DNA of 64,000 nt from Lama guanicoe (lineage: Eukaryota), in the NCBI GenBank assembly GCA_013239625.1, contig MU053933.1, positions 3,215,817-3,279,816 of the forward strand, written 5' to 3'. Below the pieces are notes generated by a model. The model made no database searches, was not told the origin of the DNA, and was given only the letters and a program-made list of their open reading frames with translations. Below, one piece after another: positions 1-13,129 of the stretch. Every line of letters starts with the position of its first letter. Position 1 is the stretch's first letter. The position numbers and the translations under genes were made by a program.

Positions 1-1
1 G

Positions 2-427
<426 letters not shown>

Positions 428-1165
428 CAGCCTCCCCGCCCCGAAACAGAAAGTGAAAATGTGACCTGAATTTTCCTGACCCATCCAATTAGCTAAGTTT
501 TTTAAAAAAGAAAAGCTTGAAAAGCTGCCCTATGCTTTGCGCCTCCCCCACCCGCCCTGGCTTCTGCCGGCCCCTCCTGCTCGCTGCGCACCGGCACTGT
601 CCGCCTCGCCCCTGGCTGTCAGCGTCCCCTAGTCCCTGGTCAGAACCTGAACCCTGGTTCTCTTTCCTTTCTGGGCTCAGCTGTCCCCACCTCCATCCCC
701 TCCCCCTGGGCTGCTTTCCCGCTGACCCTGCAGAATCCTTCGCTAAGCTCTCCACTTACACCAGTCAGTCCAGCAGCGAGCCCGCGTGTGTGCGGAGACG
801 AGCATGCCCGCTCGCGAGGTCCGGTCACTCATGCCCGCCTTGGTGCCTTGGTTCCGGCAGCCTTGGGCCGAGAGCCAGGGCGGCAGGACGTTGGCCCACA
901 GACACTGCGACCCCCGCCCGTGCCCTCACGAAGCCCAGAGCAAAGGTGCTACCCCGCCGCCCAGGGCGCAGAGGCCTGGCCTCCAGCCAGAGTGATGCGT
1001 TTTGTCGAAAACAGGACAAAGCTCTCCCTCCTCAAGGGGCGCCTGGCTCTGCGTCTCGCTGAGGACCCTCTTAACACGTTAATTATACTTTTACTCTTTC
1101 CTGTGTTTTTTCTCAACTGTGTCCATGTCGGCGACTTTTCCAAATAAAGGTTTTCACTGTCCTCC
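428..1165 (+). other. COL6A1: COL6A1 3'UTR (end approximate)
   Basis: Lies between the stop codon and AATAAA at 1143-1148; U-rich stretch upstream of the signal. Confidence 0.8.
1143..1148 (+). terminator. Polyadenylation signal AATAAA of COL6A1
   Basis: First canonical AATAAA after the stop, followed ~20 nt later by a GU/U-rich downstream element (ctgtggttgtcttt). Confidence 0.85.
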
Positions 1166-4100
1166 CTGTGGTTGTCTTTCCCAGGGGTTAAAACCCCCAG
1201 CGTGTTCGCACCCGAGGGAGAGCTCCGACGTGGTTAGGGCCACCCCAGGGGCCTGCCTTGGCCAGACCCCACCCATGACACCCCTCCTCTGGGTCTGGGG
1301 GAAAAGTCGGAAAGTAAAGACCCTGTCTGTTCCTGCAGAGGTTCTGGGAGGGGCTCTGACACCCTGGGCTGCAAGAATCAGAAGCAGCTTTGGTCATGGG
1401 GGGGACAGGGGGGCGAGCCGGCCAGATCCAACAAGGTAAATCCTCATTAATCACCAAAAGGGCCCGCATTCTGACTTCTGGAGGGGGTCGGGATCTGGGG
1501 GCCCCATGGGAGACTCAGTTCAGGGCAGTGAGACTGTGAGTCCCCGTCTCAGGAGGGTCGGGGTGGGGCAGGGGAGGCAGGGAGGGCTGGGCTGCACTTG
1601 GGCTGCCGATGAAGAGGCCGGTGTGCAGGCAGGACACCCACTGCCCGTTTAAGGAGCCAGGAGAAGAGATTCTAGCCGAGAGGGAGCCTGGCAGGTGTCC
1701 CTTGGGTGGGGCCACTTGATGCCCCACAAAACGTGGCTGTGAGAGCCAAGTGGCCGGCGGTGGGGGCAGCATGGCGCCCGGATCCTCTCTGACCCCGAGG
1801 AGAGCAACACCCCATGTAGAACTGGGGGTCAGGCACAGATCTCCCAGGGTCTTCCCTGGCGGACGTCACACTCGGCCTCCACGGAACCCCATAGCCGCTG
1901 TGTGCAAGCGTCCACTGCTCCACTGTCACCAGGAGCCAGCCTGCGGGTCACCTGCTCTGCCTGACCACCCGCCAGTGCGACCTTGACCCAGTCACCTGCC
2001 CCTCCACCTCGGTGTCCTCAACTGCAAACTGGGCTCGGAACATGGAAGCACTGTCCGAGAGGCTGTGGGCCCGGTCCCCTCACAGGACAGGCGCCACACA
2101 CCTATATCTGGGCCAAGGCAGCTCGAGGGCCCTGGACGGTCCATGGCAGGGAAGCACAGGACCGGCAGGAGAGGGCAGCTTGGGGGAGGAGGGGGCGCCG
2201 GGCCTGCGAGTCTCTGCAGGACGCCCCTCCTCCCCGCACGTGGGCTCCTTCCTGGTTGCCCAGGTCTGCACCCGGTCGGGGGCTGCAGTGTGGGCCTGCG
2301 GGTGCTCCCGGCCGGCAGGCCTCCTCACCGCGCCTGAGGGTGGTCGCCCCAGGGATCTCTCCCTGAAAGAAAGTGAGAAATCAGAGGTTTCCCCTTTAAG
2401 AAGAGTTGCTACCTTTAATCCCTGAATCTCTCTCGCTGGGATCAGCTGGGGTCCTGGGATCCAGCTCCTGGCTGTCCTTCTCCCCGCACCACCACCCCCT
2501 CCCGCCTCCTGACATACACAGGATACAGACAGGGTCCTGCTTCAGTCCACGGAACTCGGCTTTTAAAAATACGAAGCTATGAGGGAAACCTCAGGCCCCA
2601 CCAGGTCTGCATCCTTTCCAAGTTTGTGAAAGCAGCGTTTAGAACCATTGTGTGAAGTCCGGCAAACAAGTCAAAGCCAGTTACCCCATTACTGTAAGTG
2701 GGCTGGGACCCCCCTCTCCTTTCTGGGCCAGGAGCAGCCACGGCCTCTTGGCTCTGACACCGGCTCCCCCTCTCTGTGCAGCTGGAACTACATGGCACAG
2801 GGTGGGTGAGGGTGCAGAGCACTGTCAGGGGGCCTGCCACCCCCACCCCATTCACCCCGACTAGGAGCTGCGGGGGCAGTGCCTGGCCTCTCTCTTGGCC
2901 CTGCTACTCCTAAAGCCTCTGGCCGCAATTCCTTCCTCTTCTCTGGGAAGTGTGGTCCTGGAAAGGAGGGGGGTCTTTGGGGCCCGAGGGGTGTTCTGAG
3001 GGCCCCTGCCGGCTCCCACTCATCCCCCATCCAGTCTGATCCATCGGCCAGTGTGGGACAGACAGGGCGTGTGCAGCCCATCTCTGGGACCTTTCTCCCA
3101 ACCCAGCCCCACATCCGTCCAAGTGCGGGGCTCAGAGGCTCTAGAGGTTTGGTCAGAGCCCTGCCTCCTTTGCTTCGCACATGCGGCTGGGGCCTGGGGC
3201 GGAGGTGCTCCCCAAAGTCGGCGCCCGCCACTCAGGCCCCTGCTGCGTCTGCGTGGACAGAGGAGGACTGTGGCTTCACCCTCCTTGGTTTGCACTCTGT
3301 TTCTTTGTCGTCCTCTCGCTCTCAGACCCTGGATGCAGCGTCCTGGTGCGTGTTCTGCCTTCAGAGGCATCCCATCCCCTCACCCCCGATGGTCCTGGTC
3401 TTTCAAGGGAAAATCAACCACCCTCATGTTCACCACTATAGCCAGTGTCTGGTGTTTATGGTTTTTTGCACTGAGAAGATGCAGGAAGGAACAACTGTTC
3501 ACCTGTGATTTCTGAGGGCACCCGGGAGGCTGCAGCTCGCCGGTTGAGACCTGCGGGCCAGTGTCCTCCAGTCCGGTGTCCCCGACTGCAGGTCCCTGAC
3601 AATGCCTTCCCGAGGCAAGATTTTAAGTTCAGTGGCTCCTCTGTCTTTCAGCTGCTGGGATGATGACACTGAGACTGAGACCCCCTCCTCCAGCTGAGGC
3701 CCGATGGCTCCTCAGGAGGGCGTGAGGCTCGGAGTCCGTGCAGCGCTGGTGGCCGTGTGGCATGGCACGATCACTTTAGGGCCCCTGCAGGTCCCTGAAG
3801 TCACACGTGCGTTTCCCACACAACCCACCACTCCCCTCCTGAGCCCCTGTGTCCAACCACAGCCTCCAAAGAGCGTGTCCTCCCGCCCCAGGAGACAGAA
3901 CATCAGGGAGAGGTCCACCCGCGCCCGAGCGCCACTCGAAACACCAAGGAGCAGGCGCGCCTCCCACGCGTCGTGCTGAGTGCGAGAAGCCAGACTCGGA
4001 AGGGGGGCACGCGGGGACCTGTCTGCGGAAGCTCGAGGTGGGGGCGCGGCAGGCAGCTGGCGCCCCTGTGGGCGGGAAGGGCACGGGGAACTTTCCGGAT

Positions 4101-6151
4101 AATGGAGGTGTTGTCTGTGTTGACAGCGTGCGGACTACGTGGGGGCGTGTTTGTCACAGTTCTTCTTCTAGAACTGTACACGCACAGATGCTTTGCCTTG
4201 AGAAAGAGAAGTCGGAGTTTCTGCCACCGGCTCCCCGTCTGCCCCAGCTCGAGAACCCTCCTCTCCTGTTCCCTGTGGCCGTGAGCCCCTCACCCAGCAA
4301 GGGTCCAACCCCCCAGGGGCCCACAGCACCCCCTGGTGGGCAGAACACAGTATGCACTCATTCACGCCAACCCCTCCCCTCCAAGTGAGCAGGATGGGAC
4401 GTCGCCCTGGGGTTCTGCACGGTCACTGGGGCCCCAAATCGGTGGACTCTGAGATTCCTGAGGGTGAGTCAGACCTGAAAGACGCCCCTGAGATCCCTCC
4501 AGCTCGGTCTTCCTATGGACTGCCCGTGGAGGGGCTGCCAGCTACAAATTGGGGACCCCAGCCCCGCAGCAGCAAGCTTGCGAAACCCATCAACAGCTAG
4601 CAGCCTGGAAGAGGCCCCAAGCCTGGGATGAGACGGGCGGACAGCCCGCATCCAGCCTCTGGGCCCCAGGCAGGACCCACTGAGCTGTGTCCGAACCGCC
4701 GGCCGTGGGACCGAGAGAGGGCCCGTCTGCTGTCGGAGCTGTGGAGCTGGTGGCGATCTGCTGTGCGGCTGTGCTCGTCGGCACACACTGCGTCCTGTGT
4801 CACACCTCACCCCCAGGGCTTGTAACCTCCGGCCATAGTTTAACAGACCCCCTCCTGGGATTCCCCGCCCTCCTGGGATCAGGCCCACTGCGCGGTGGGG
4901 ACAGGAGGCGGGGGCCCCTCTCCCTCCATCCCGGGTCACACACGGGGCCATCCTCCTTCTGAAGGTCTCCATCAAGGCCCCTGAGACCACTGCCCCTCCT
5001 GCGCAGCCCAGCCACCTCGCCCCCGAGCAGGGCCGCCAGGGTTTTTGGGGCTGGCGGCCGACCCACCTCCATCCCTGGTCTCCACCTCCCTTTGCTGTTC
5101 GGATCCTCTCTGACTGGGGGTCATCCCAGGTTATCTGGGGGGCCAGGGTCACCACAAGGGTCACCAAGCCTGCAGGGATTTGTTGCAGCCATTGTGGGAC
5201 ACACAGTCTCCCGGAAACACAGTGCCTCTTTCAGCCTCCACCTTGCGGCCCTGGTCGGACGCTCTGAGCTTTCTTTTCCAGCTGAGCCCGAGAGAGTCTG
5301 CCAGACGGGCCAAAACAGCACCCGGGTCACCGGATGATCAGTTGGCATGTTTATAACTTGAGTTTGCTTCCCAAATCCTGACCACGGACCATACGGCTGT
5401 GGCTGCTAGCTACTTTGGATTCTTCACAAAATACTCATCAGGGCTCCCAGCCCCAGGACGGGCGGCGAGGGGCCCTGAGCCCCACCAGGCCGCAGGGTCT
5501 CCCACGTCCAGGGTAAGCGCCTTCTTGACACGGGCCTCACGGGGCCCACGGCCCGTCTGCGCAGGGGCCACGGTTTATGTTTCCCTCAGAGACACGGTGC
5601 CAGTTGCCTGTTGAGACTCGGGGGGGCTTCCAGTCTGCGTCTGAGAAACCCTAGGGGGGTAACAGGCGTGTCAAAGTGGACCCGGCCGAGCAGCAGCCCT
5701 CCACCGCCCGGCCAGGCTCCGGGCTAGCACCACAGGTGGCCAGCCTGACCCCCACCCACAACCCCTGTCCCTGCCTGGACCCCGAGGGTGGACCCTCTCC
5801 GGCCCGGAGGAGCGCGGGGCCGTCCGGGAGTCACCTCACGTGGCTTCCAGAGCAGCTGCTTCCTGAAGACCATCTGGAGTCCGTGGGAGGTGAACTCCCA
5901 CCCGGCTGGCAAAAAGGAAAAGCTCCTGAGGAGAACAGGCCCTCATAACAGTTTTTTCGTTTTTTGAGGAAATGCTTTTTTGGGAGAAGCAACGATGCTC
6001 AAAATAAAGGGTCAAGAGTCTGTCAACCACCCGACACCAGTCCCGCAAACCACACGCCTCCCGCCTCAAGGACCCGCTCAGCTGCGCCCGCCCCGTCCCT
6101 TGTCCAAAGCGGAGCCTCCTTGTCCTTTTTAAATTGATGAGAAGTTGACAT

Positions 6152-6610
6152 TGTGAGGGAGGGATCCCAGCTCAGATGAACAAAAATGGAGTCAGGAGAC
6201 CTTTGAGGATCTGATGTCAGCCTGTCCCTGCCCCACTGAGCCCTTGAACTTTCTCTGAACTGCACCAGGTCCAAGGACACCCCGGCCGTGTTCAGAACAG
6301 CACCTGCCAGCTGCAACCGTGTGGTCTCAGGGTCTCCCCTTCCGACTGTGCACCTGATTCAGACCCCACCATGCCTGCTTAGCAAGCACCCTCACGTCTT
6401 GCCAGCTCCGACTGTAACCCCTGATGAGCAGCTCCTGGAACCAGCCGGAACCTTGCAGTTTTGGCCCTTAGAAGCCTCTCCAGTTTGTAATTTAGGGCAA
6501 CACGATCCAAGTGCTTCCCGCATCTGTTTCCCAGGCTGCAGTCCTAACAGACCCCAGACAATCATCTTTTTATTTCAGTCAGGTCTCCGTTACCAAAATT
6601 TTGGTTAGCA
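6152..6610 (+). mobile_element. Probable solo ERV LTR (ERV1-like), old
   Basis: TG...CA termini (TGTGAGGG ... GGTTAGCA), AAAATGGAGTC motif near the 5' end as in the LTR at 60241, ~460 bp; no clear TSD. Confidence 0.5.
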
Positions 6611-6629
6611 AAACCATTATCGTGATTTT

Positions 6630-6960
6630 CCTTAAGGAAACATTTCAAACGTGGACAAGCGGAGAGGCCAGTGCAGTGGCCGTCCCGTACCGCTCTCCGG
6701 GTGACCGTTACCATCTGCCACGCTGGCTTTAGTGACTTTACGGTTGAAATATTTTGGAGTGAGTTACAGACGTGACAACGTTTCACACATAAATACTTCA
6801 GTGCCCATCTCTAAAAAGATAAGAGTTGCTTTCTGCATAAGCATAATGCCATTACTGAATCAAGTTCAAAATAGAACACCAAGCTAAAAACAGCCCCTAC
6901 ACATCACCCAAAGTCCAGGCCTTATTCAAATACCCAGTTTTCCAGAATCGTCTTTTACGA
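6630..6960 (-). mobile_element. Old L1 (L1MC-like) 3' end fragment
   Basis: aaatacttcagtgcccatctctaaaaagataag...cataatgccatta resembles the L1MC4-type 3' end. Confidence 0.55.
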
Positions 6961-8405
6961 GCTGTTTTCCCCCTAAGCTCTGACTGAAGTTTAAGGCGTC
7001 CTTCTAGTCCTTTCTGTCCCGTGTCACACTAAGGACAGGCGGTAAAGTTAGTGTTCTAAAATTACTTGAAATGATTTTTTCCTTTGTGGAATTATATTAT
7101 TAATAAGATGTAGTTAGGTCCACTTTTTCTCAGTTTGTTTACAACATCAGGAACTTTTTCTCGGTAATTTAATGGTTTAAATATGTGAAATATTGACCTG
7201 GTTCAAAAGTCAAAGGTCAAAGAGTACCCTGGAGAGGCCATGCTCGCAGCCCGTCCCCTAACCTGACTCCCATCCAACCCTGCAGGCTCCTATGTTTATC
7301 GGCTTCTAAATAGATCTTTCAGTGCTTCGTTTCGTGATGCCATTTCTGTTCAACAGAGAGCGTGCTGAATTCACAGACCTGCACTCCAGTTTTCACTTCG
7401 CCGTACAGGCTGGAGATTACTTCATATTGGTCTCCATCCCCTGTGGCAATTGGGTTTTCTGTCTTGTGGCTCTGCCTCGGTTCTGAGCAGCACCTCACAG
7501 TTAGACGAGTCTGGTGATTTCCGACCCTGAAGCTGCAAAGAAAAGCCTGGGGCATGTGTCATTTCTGCCCTTGCACGTGTGTGTGTCTTGAGGACAGATC
7601 AAGGCAAACACATCCGTCTCTGTTGGATCCAACCAGTTCCCTCCATGAGCGGCACCTCTCCCCACAGCCTTGCCAATAAACTTGCCTGTCAAACCTCCGG
7701 GGTTTTGTCAACCTGATGGCTGAGAACCAGTACTTGAGAAGACCATTTGCTTTTCTCTCAAATGACGCTGAGCACTTATGCATATCCTGAGCCCCCTTGA
7801 CGTCACTTCTTCTGCCAAAAGGAGCATTCATGGCTCTTTCCCATTGTTCCTCGGTCTTGACTTTTTTCTTCTCCATTTCTGGAAACTCTCTTCCTAGTAA
7901 GTCGATTAGCCCCTAGTAACAACTTTAAGTGTTTGTTCTCAACTTGTCATTGGGCTCTTGCCTTTGCTTTTTTTTTTTTTTGTCGGAGGGGTTAGGGATA
8001 TATATTAACATAATTGAATTTGTATCATTTCCTCTATTGATACTGAATTTAGAACAATTTAGAAAGGATTTCCCCTTACCCAAGTTGCAGAGCAATCCCA
8101 TGTTTTCTTCTAGTACTTCTATGGTTTCATGCTTTATATTTACATTTCTGATCTGTTTGGAGTTTGTTCCATAGTGTACAGTGTGACAAGGATCCAGTTT
8201 TCTTTTTCCAGGTGGCTATCCAAATCACCCAACACCATTTGTTAAAAAGTCTTTCTTTCCCCAACTTGAGATGCTGCCTTTATTACCCTTAAACTCCATA
8301 TATATATATGTGGGTCAATTTCTGAATCTTCTAGTCTGTTCCACTGACTAGTCTATTTATGCACCAGTACCACACTTTCAGTTATGGACACCCTAGAGTT
8401 TTTTT

Positions 8406-8487
8406 GACCTCTGTAGGGACTGCCCCACCCCTCCCCCACTGCTAATGACCTCTGTAGGGCCTGCCCGACCCCTCCCCCACTGCTAAT
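8406..8487. repeat. Tandem duplication, 2 x 41 bp
   Basis: gacctctgtagggactgccccacccctcccccactgctaat followed by gacctctgtagggcctgcccgacccctcccccactgctaat (2 mismatches). Confidence 0.95.
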
Positions 8488-8880
8488 CTTTTCCAGCATT
8501 TTCCTGATGCTTGTTTACTTTTTCATATGAGCTTTAGAGTCATGTTTTCTAGGCCCTGGAAGAGAGGAAGGACCCTTCGGTATTTTTAGTCATAAATTAA
8601 CTTAAGGTGACTTGGCATCTTCATGATAGTGAGTGTTCCTGTCCAGAGACATGGTTTGTATTTTCATTTGTTTGTCTGCTTCAGTAATTTTCAAAGTAAA
8701 GCTTGGTTCATATAAGGTTTACATATTTATTGTGAAGCTTTACTGATTTATCTATATTAATGTTACATCCTGCGATGTTAATGAATTCTCTTCTTGTCTT
8801 CATAGTTTCTCAGCCTTGATTTTACCAGAGCTACATCTGCAATGGAGAATGGAAGTCATTTCCCCTTCCTTTCCAATTGC

Positions 8881-8882
8881 TA

Positions 8883-8919
<37 letters not shown>
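8881..8919. repeat. (TG)n microsatellite / alternating purine-pyrimidine tract
   Basis: tatgcgtgtgcgtgtgtg...gtgt. Confidence 0.95.
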
Positions 8920-9745
8920 CTGATGCTGTTCCGATAGGATACTAAATAGTAGGAGGGATGGCAGTGGGTAAGTCATGCTTCTGATTTTGGTGGAACACCT
9001 CAGTGCACCCTATTAAGAAAATATTTTTTTCTATTTATCCATAAAAGATTAGGAAATAAATCTTTTGCACATAAGGAAACAATCACGTAATTTTCTACTT
9101 AGCCTTGTGATTCGGGGATGGGCAGTGGAGAGGAGCAGTTCTGCTTTTTCTGTGTGAATTTGTCAGCTTAGACATTCTCTTTACTCACTCAGTTCTGGTA
9201 AGTCATAGAGAATTATCTTTCTGTCCAGGTTTTCAAGTGCTTTGGCCTAGAATTATAAATTGTCTCCTAAGATTTGTGCCATTTTCTCTATGTTGATGGT
9301 TATTCCTCCACTTTTCAGTGTTTTTGTCATGTGTATTTATGACTTTACTTTTTCTCTGGATTAAGTTAGCTAGTGATTTATCCATTTTGGTTGTTTGGTC
9401 ATTTCCAGTGAACTAGGTTTTTATTTCTTAATTCTATTGGTTTTCTGTTTTCCATTTCAGTTTCTGACTTTGCCTTATTAACTTTCAATTTACTTAGTTG
9501 TTCTTACTTTAAATTCTTGAGTTAGACATTTCATTTATTTTTCTTTCATTTTTCTTATTATGACTATAAGGCTATACATTTGTCTTTGGGTACTTTCTGA
9601 GTCGCACTCCCTGGATTCTGGTATGTTTTCACTATCATCATTTCCAAGCATCTCTGAAATTGGTTTGCATTCACCTTTTGACACAAGAATTTTTAAACAG
9701 TTTTAAAACATACAGGCAAACAGACATTTAAATTTTCTGTTTTGA

Positions 9746-10414
9746 AAACTAAAAAGAGACTTACCATATGATCCAGCAATCCCACTCCTAGGCAGATATC
9801 CAGAGGGAACTCTAATTCAATAAGATACATGCATCCCAATGTTCATAGCAGCACTATTTACAATAGTCCAGACATGGAAGCAACCTAAGTGTCCATAGAA
9901 AGATGACTGGATAAACAAGTTGAGGTATATACATATACAATGGAATACTACTCAGCCATAAAAAGTATAAAATAATGCTAGTTACAGCAACATGGATGGA
10001 CCTGGAGCTCGTCATTCTAAGTGAGGTTAACCAGAAAGAGACAGAAAAATATCATATGATATCACTCATATGTGGTGTCTAAAAAAAGAAGACACTAATG
10101 AACTCATCTACAAAACAGAAACAGACTCGCAGACACAGTAAACAATCTTATGGTTATTGAGGGAAAGGGGGTGGGAAGGGATAAATTTGGGAGTCTGAGA
10201 TTGCAAATACTAACATCTATATAAAAAAAGATTAAAAGCAAATTTCTTCTGTATAGCACAGGGAACTATATTCAATATCTTGTAATAACCTTTAATGAAA
10301 ATGAACATATGTATGTATAGGTATGGCTAGGACACTGTGCTGTGTACCAGAAATTGATACATTGTAACTGACCATATATACGTCAATAAAAAAATTAATT
10401 AATTAAATAAAAAT
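9746..10414 (+). mobile_element. Relatively young 5'-truncated L1 (ORF2 end + 3'UTR + A-rich tail) with TSD
   Basis: Classic L1 3' sequence (ccatatgatccagcaatcccactcct...atggaatactactcagccataaaaa); flanked by aaattttctgttttga (9730-9745) and aaaatttctgttttga (10415-10430). Confidence 0.92.
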
Positions 10415-10879
10415 AAAATTTCTGTTTTGATTTCTAGCTTTGTCATGTTATTTCCATTACTTCTGTCTGGAATTGAGACTTTTCTTGTGGCCTAACATGT
10501 GGTCAGTTTTCGTGGCTGTCCTGTGTGTGCTGGTAAAGACAAGGTGCACCCTCGCTGGTCAGAGCACAGAACTCAGCAGCTTCCATTAGGCCTGCCTGCA
10601 ACGCCGTACTGTCAGGACTCCACGTGCTTGCTCACGTTTGTCCTGTTCACCTGTCTTGGGCTGAAAGAGGTGGATTTCTTTCTGTTTCTCTGACTCTCTC
10701 CTGCAGCTTCTGCTTTGTGATGATTGTTGCTGTGTCATTTGCTGTACAAGTGGCCCCGGCTCTGATGCCATCATCTTGAAGAGGAGCCACACTCTGGTTC
10801 TTCCTCCTCTTATTTGATTGTTTCCAAGCCCCAAATCTATCCTGTACCAATCCAGATCATGACCCTGTATTCTCCTACT

Positions 10880-11980
10880 TAAATCAAATTTACTGAAAGA
10901 CATTTACATGCAATAAAATGAACCCACTTTAAGAGTACAGTTAGATACGTTCTGACAAACATACACTCCTGTAGAGCGCCCCCCACAAGCAAGAGCCCTG
11001 GAGCACCCCAAGCCCAGGCACCCCTGTGCCCCAGGCAGACACTGATTTCTTTCTGATGCTCTAAATTAGACTCGTCTATTTAGAGGGGCACATGGTGGGG
11101 CCACATACACATGCTCTTCTGTGTCTGGCTACGGTCACTCCACACCACAGTGTTTTCGGGGCCCATCCGTGCTGTCATGTGTGCAGGACCTCCTGCTGCC
11201 GAGCAGAGTCTGTTTCCCCATTCTGCTCTGATGATCTACGACGCACCGGTGATGGCTGTTTACAGGTTTGGGCTCTTACGAATGAAACTGCTACAAGCTT
11301 TTCTGCACGAGTCTCAGTTTAGATCAGGTTTTCATTTTTCTTGGATAAACACCTAAGAGAGGAATTGCTGGATTGTATGGATGTTAGCTGTTTAACTTTT
11401 TAACTATTTTCTACAGTGTTTGTACCATTCCGTATTTCTATCAGAAACATATGCGACTCAGCAGCTGGTCTTTGCCAGCACTTAACACTGCCAGCCTCGT
11501 TACCTTTAGCCACTCTGGTGGGACTGTGGTGGCTTCTCGTGGTGGCTTTAATTTTCTTTCCCTGATGACCAAAGACGCTGAACACTTTCCATGCACTTAC
11601 TGACTAGTCATTCCATTGCGAATGCCTACTGCAATCTTTTGCCCACTTTTATTTTGTATAGTTTTGTAGTTCTGTGTATGTAGTCATGCACGAGTTCTTT
11701 TAATAGTCTGAACATAAGTCCTCTGTTAGACATTACTTTGCAAATATTTCCTTCCACTCCATGACTTGTCTAGTCATCATTTTCTCAATGTTGTCTTTTG
11801 ATAAGTAGATTTAAAATTTTTATAATAGAATACCCAATTTTTATCTTATGATTATTGTTTTTGTCTAAAAAAAATAAGACTTGCTTAACCTAAGTCATGA
11901 GGACCCTCTTCTGTCACTTACAGTTTCAGCATTTACCCTGAGGCCTTTGATCCGCCTCAGATTACTCCGTGTGTGTACAA
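10880..11980 (-). mobile_element. Old L1M 3' portion (antisense)
   Basis: tttacatgcaataaaatgaacccactttaagagtacag; cacctaagagaggaattgctggattgtatgg; tttgcaaatatttccttccac. Confidence 0.75.
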
Positions 11981-12229
11981 CGTGTGCGTGTCTGTGTAGA
12001 GGGTCTGGGAGGAGAAGGAGCCACAGGTGGGGTGGGGGTCAACCCACAAACCTGAATACCAACTCCAGATCCTTGTCTGACTCCTGAACTGCATATGCTC
12101 CGGGGAGACTGCGAAAGACCCAAAATGCAGAAGCTAAAAGAGGGAAAGAAAGCAAAGATTTAAGCTGTTGGGAAAGAAAACTCTTATCAACTAATGGGGC
12201 AGGAAAAACCAAACATCCATATATTAAAA

Positions 12230-12690
12230 AAAAAACATAAGACTTATAGACATCATGGACTTCCTGATATGCTACAGTAAAAAGGACAAAAAGCCACCCC
12301 TGCTGGACTCCTGCCTCCAGCATAACGATACAGATTCGTAACTATAGTCAAGAGGAAACATCCAACCACCCCAACTGAGAGGTGTTCTGCAAAATAACTG
12401 GGCTACGTTATTCAGAGATGTCACAGTCACAAAACACTGAGAAGTGTTTCAAAACTGCTTCATGTTTCAGAAGACTAAAGACGTGACAGCTAAATGCAAC
12501 ATGTATCGTACGCGGGGGGAAGAAAAGCAGAAGGGATGTTATTGAGACAGTCATCAGAATTTGAACATGGTCTGTGGATTAGACCATGGCTTTATATCAA
12601 TGTTAAATTTCCTACTTGTGATCATTGCACTGCAGTTACTTAAGAGGATGTTTTGTTCTTAGGAAACATGCACTGAAGTATTTAAGCATA
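12230..12690 (+). mobile_element. Old L1MC-type 3' end
   Basis: aaagacgtgacagctaaatgcaac; atcaatgttaaatttcct...gttcttaggaaacatgcactgaagtatttaag. Confidence 0.7.
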
Positions 12691-13129
12691 GAAATAATAC
12701 CGACTATACTCAGTAATGAAGTTAACTGTTTAGAAGTGTTAATAAGCAACTTTTGCAAAGGTACTAGTGGTCACACAACTCAAATGTTTTTAACAAAGTT
12801 TCTATTTGGAATAAATCTACTAATACCACTTAATTATGCAAGGAAAATAGGGCATGTAAAGGAAAATTCAAAAAAACACATAACTAATATATATTTAGTG
12901 TGTATTTCTATAGCAGTTCAATTTCTATTGTTTTCCCAATATCCAGAGTAACCCAAAATATTCCAAATGAAGGCGATAACCACAGAGCCAGTCTCATACA
13001 AGCTAAGGACTAAGTTTCTCTTGGGAAGAAAAAAAGTCAGATGTTGCAAAACTGCCCCCTAAAAGTTTGCAAAAACGGAGTGCTCCTGATAGTGCACAGC
13101 CATGACCGCTTCTTCGCACATTCATTGGC

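Larger units (their letters stand above)
7450..9729 (-). mobile_element. Degraded old L1 fragments (antisense)
   Basis: T-rich strand with L1 ORF2 antisense motifs (caacaccatttgttaaaaag, gcaccagtaccacac, tagagtcatgttttctag); boundaries approximate. Confidence 0.65.

Noticed and set aside
2384..2592. Inverted pair GAGGTTTCCC / GGGAAACCTC as NF-kB sites or hairpin
   Set aside because: Only 10 bp, imperfect kB consensus, ~200 bp apart; plausible by chance.
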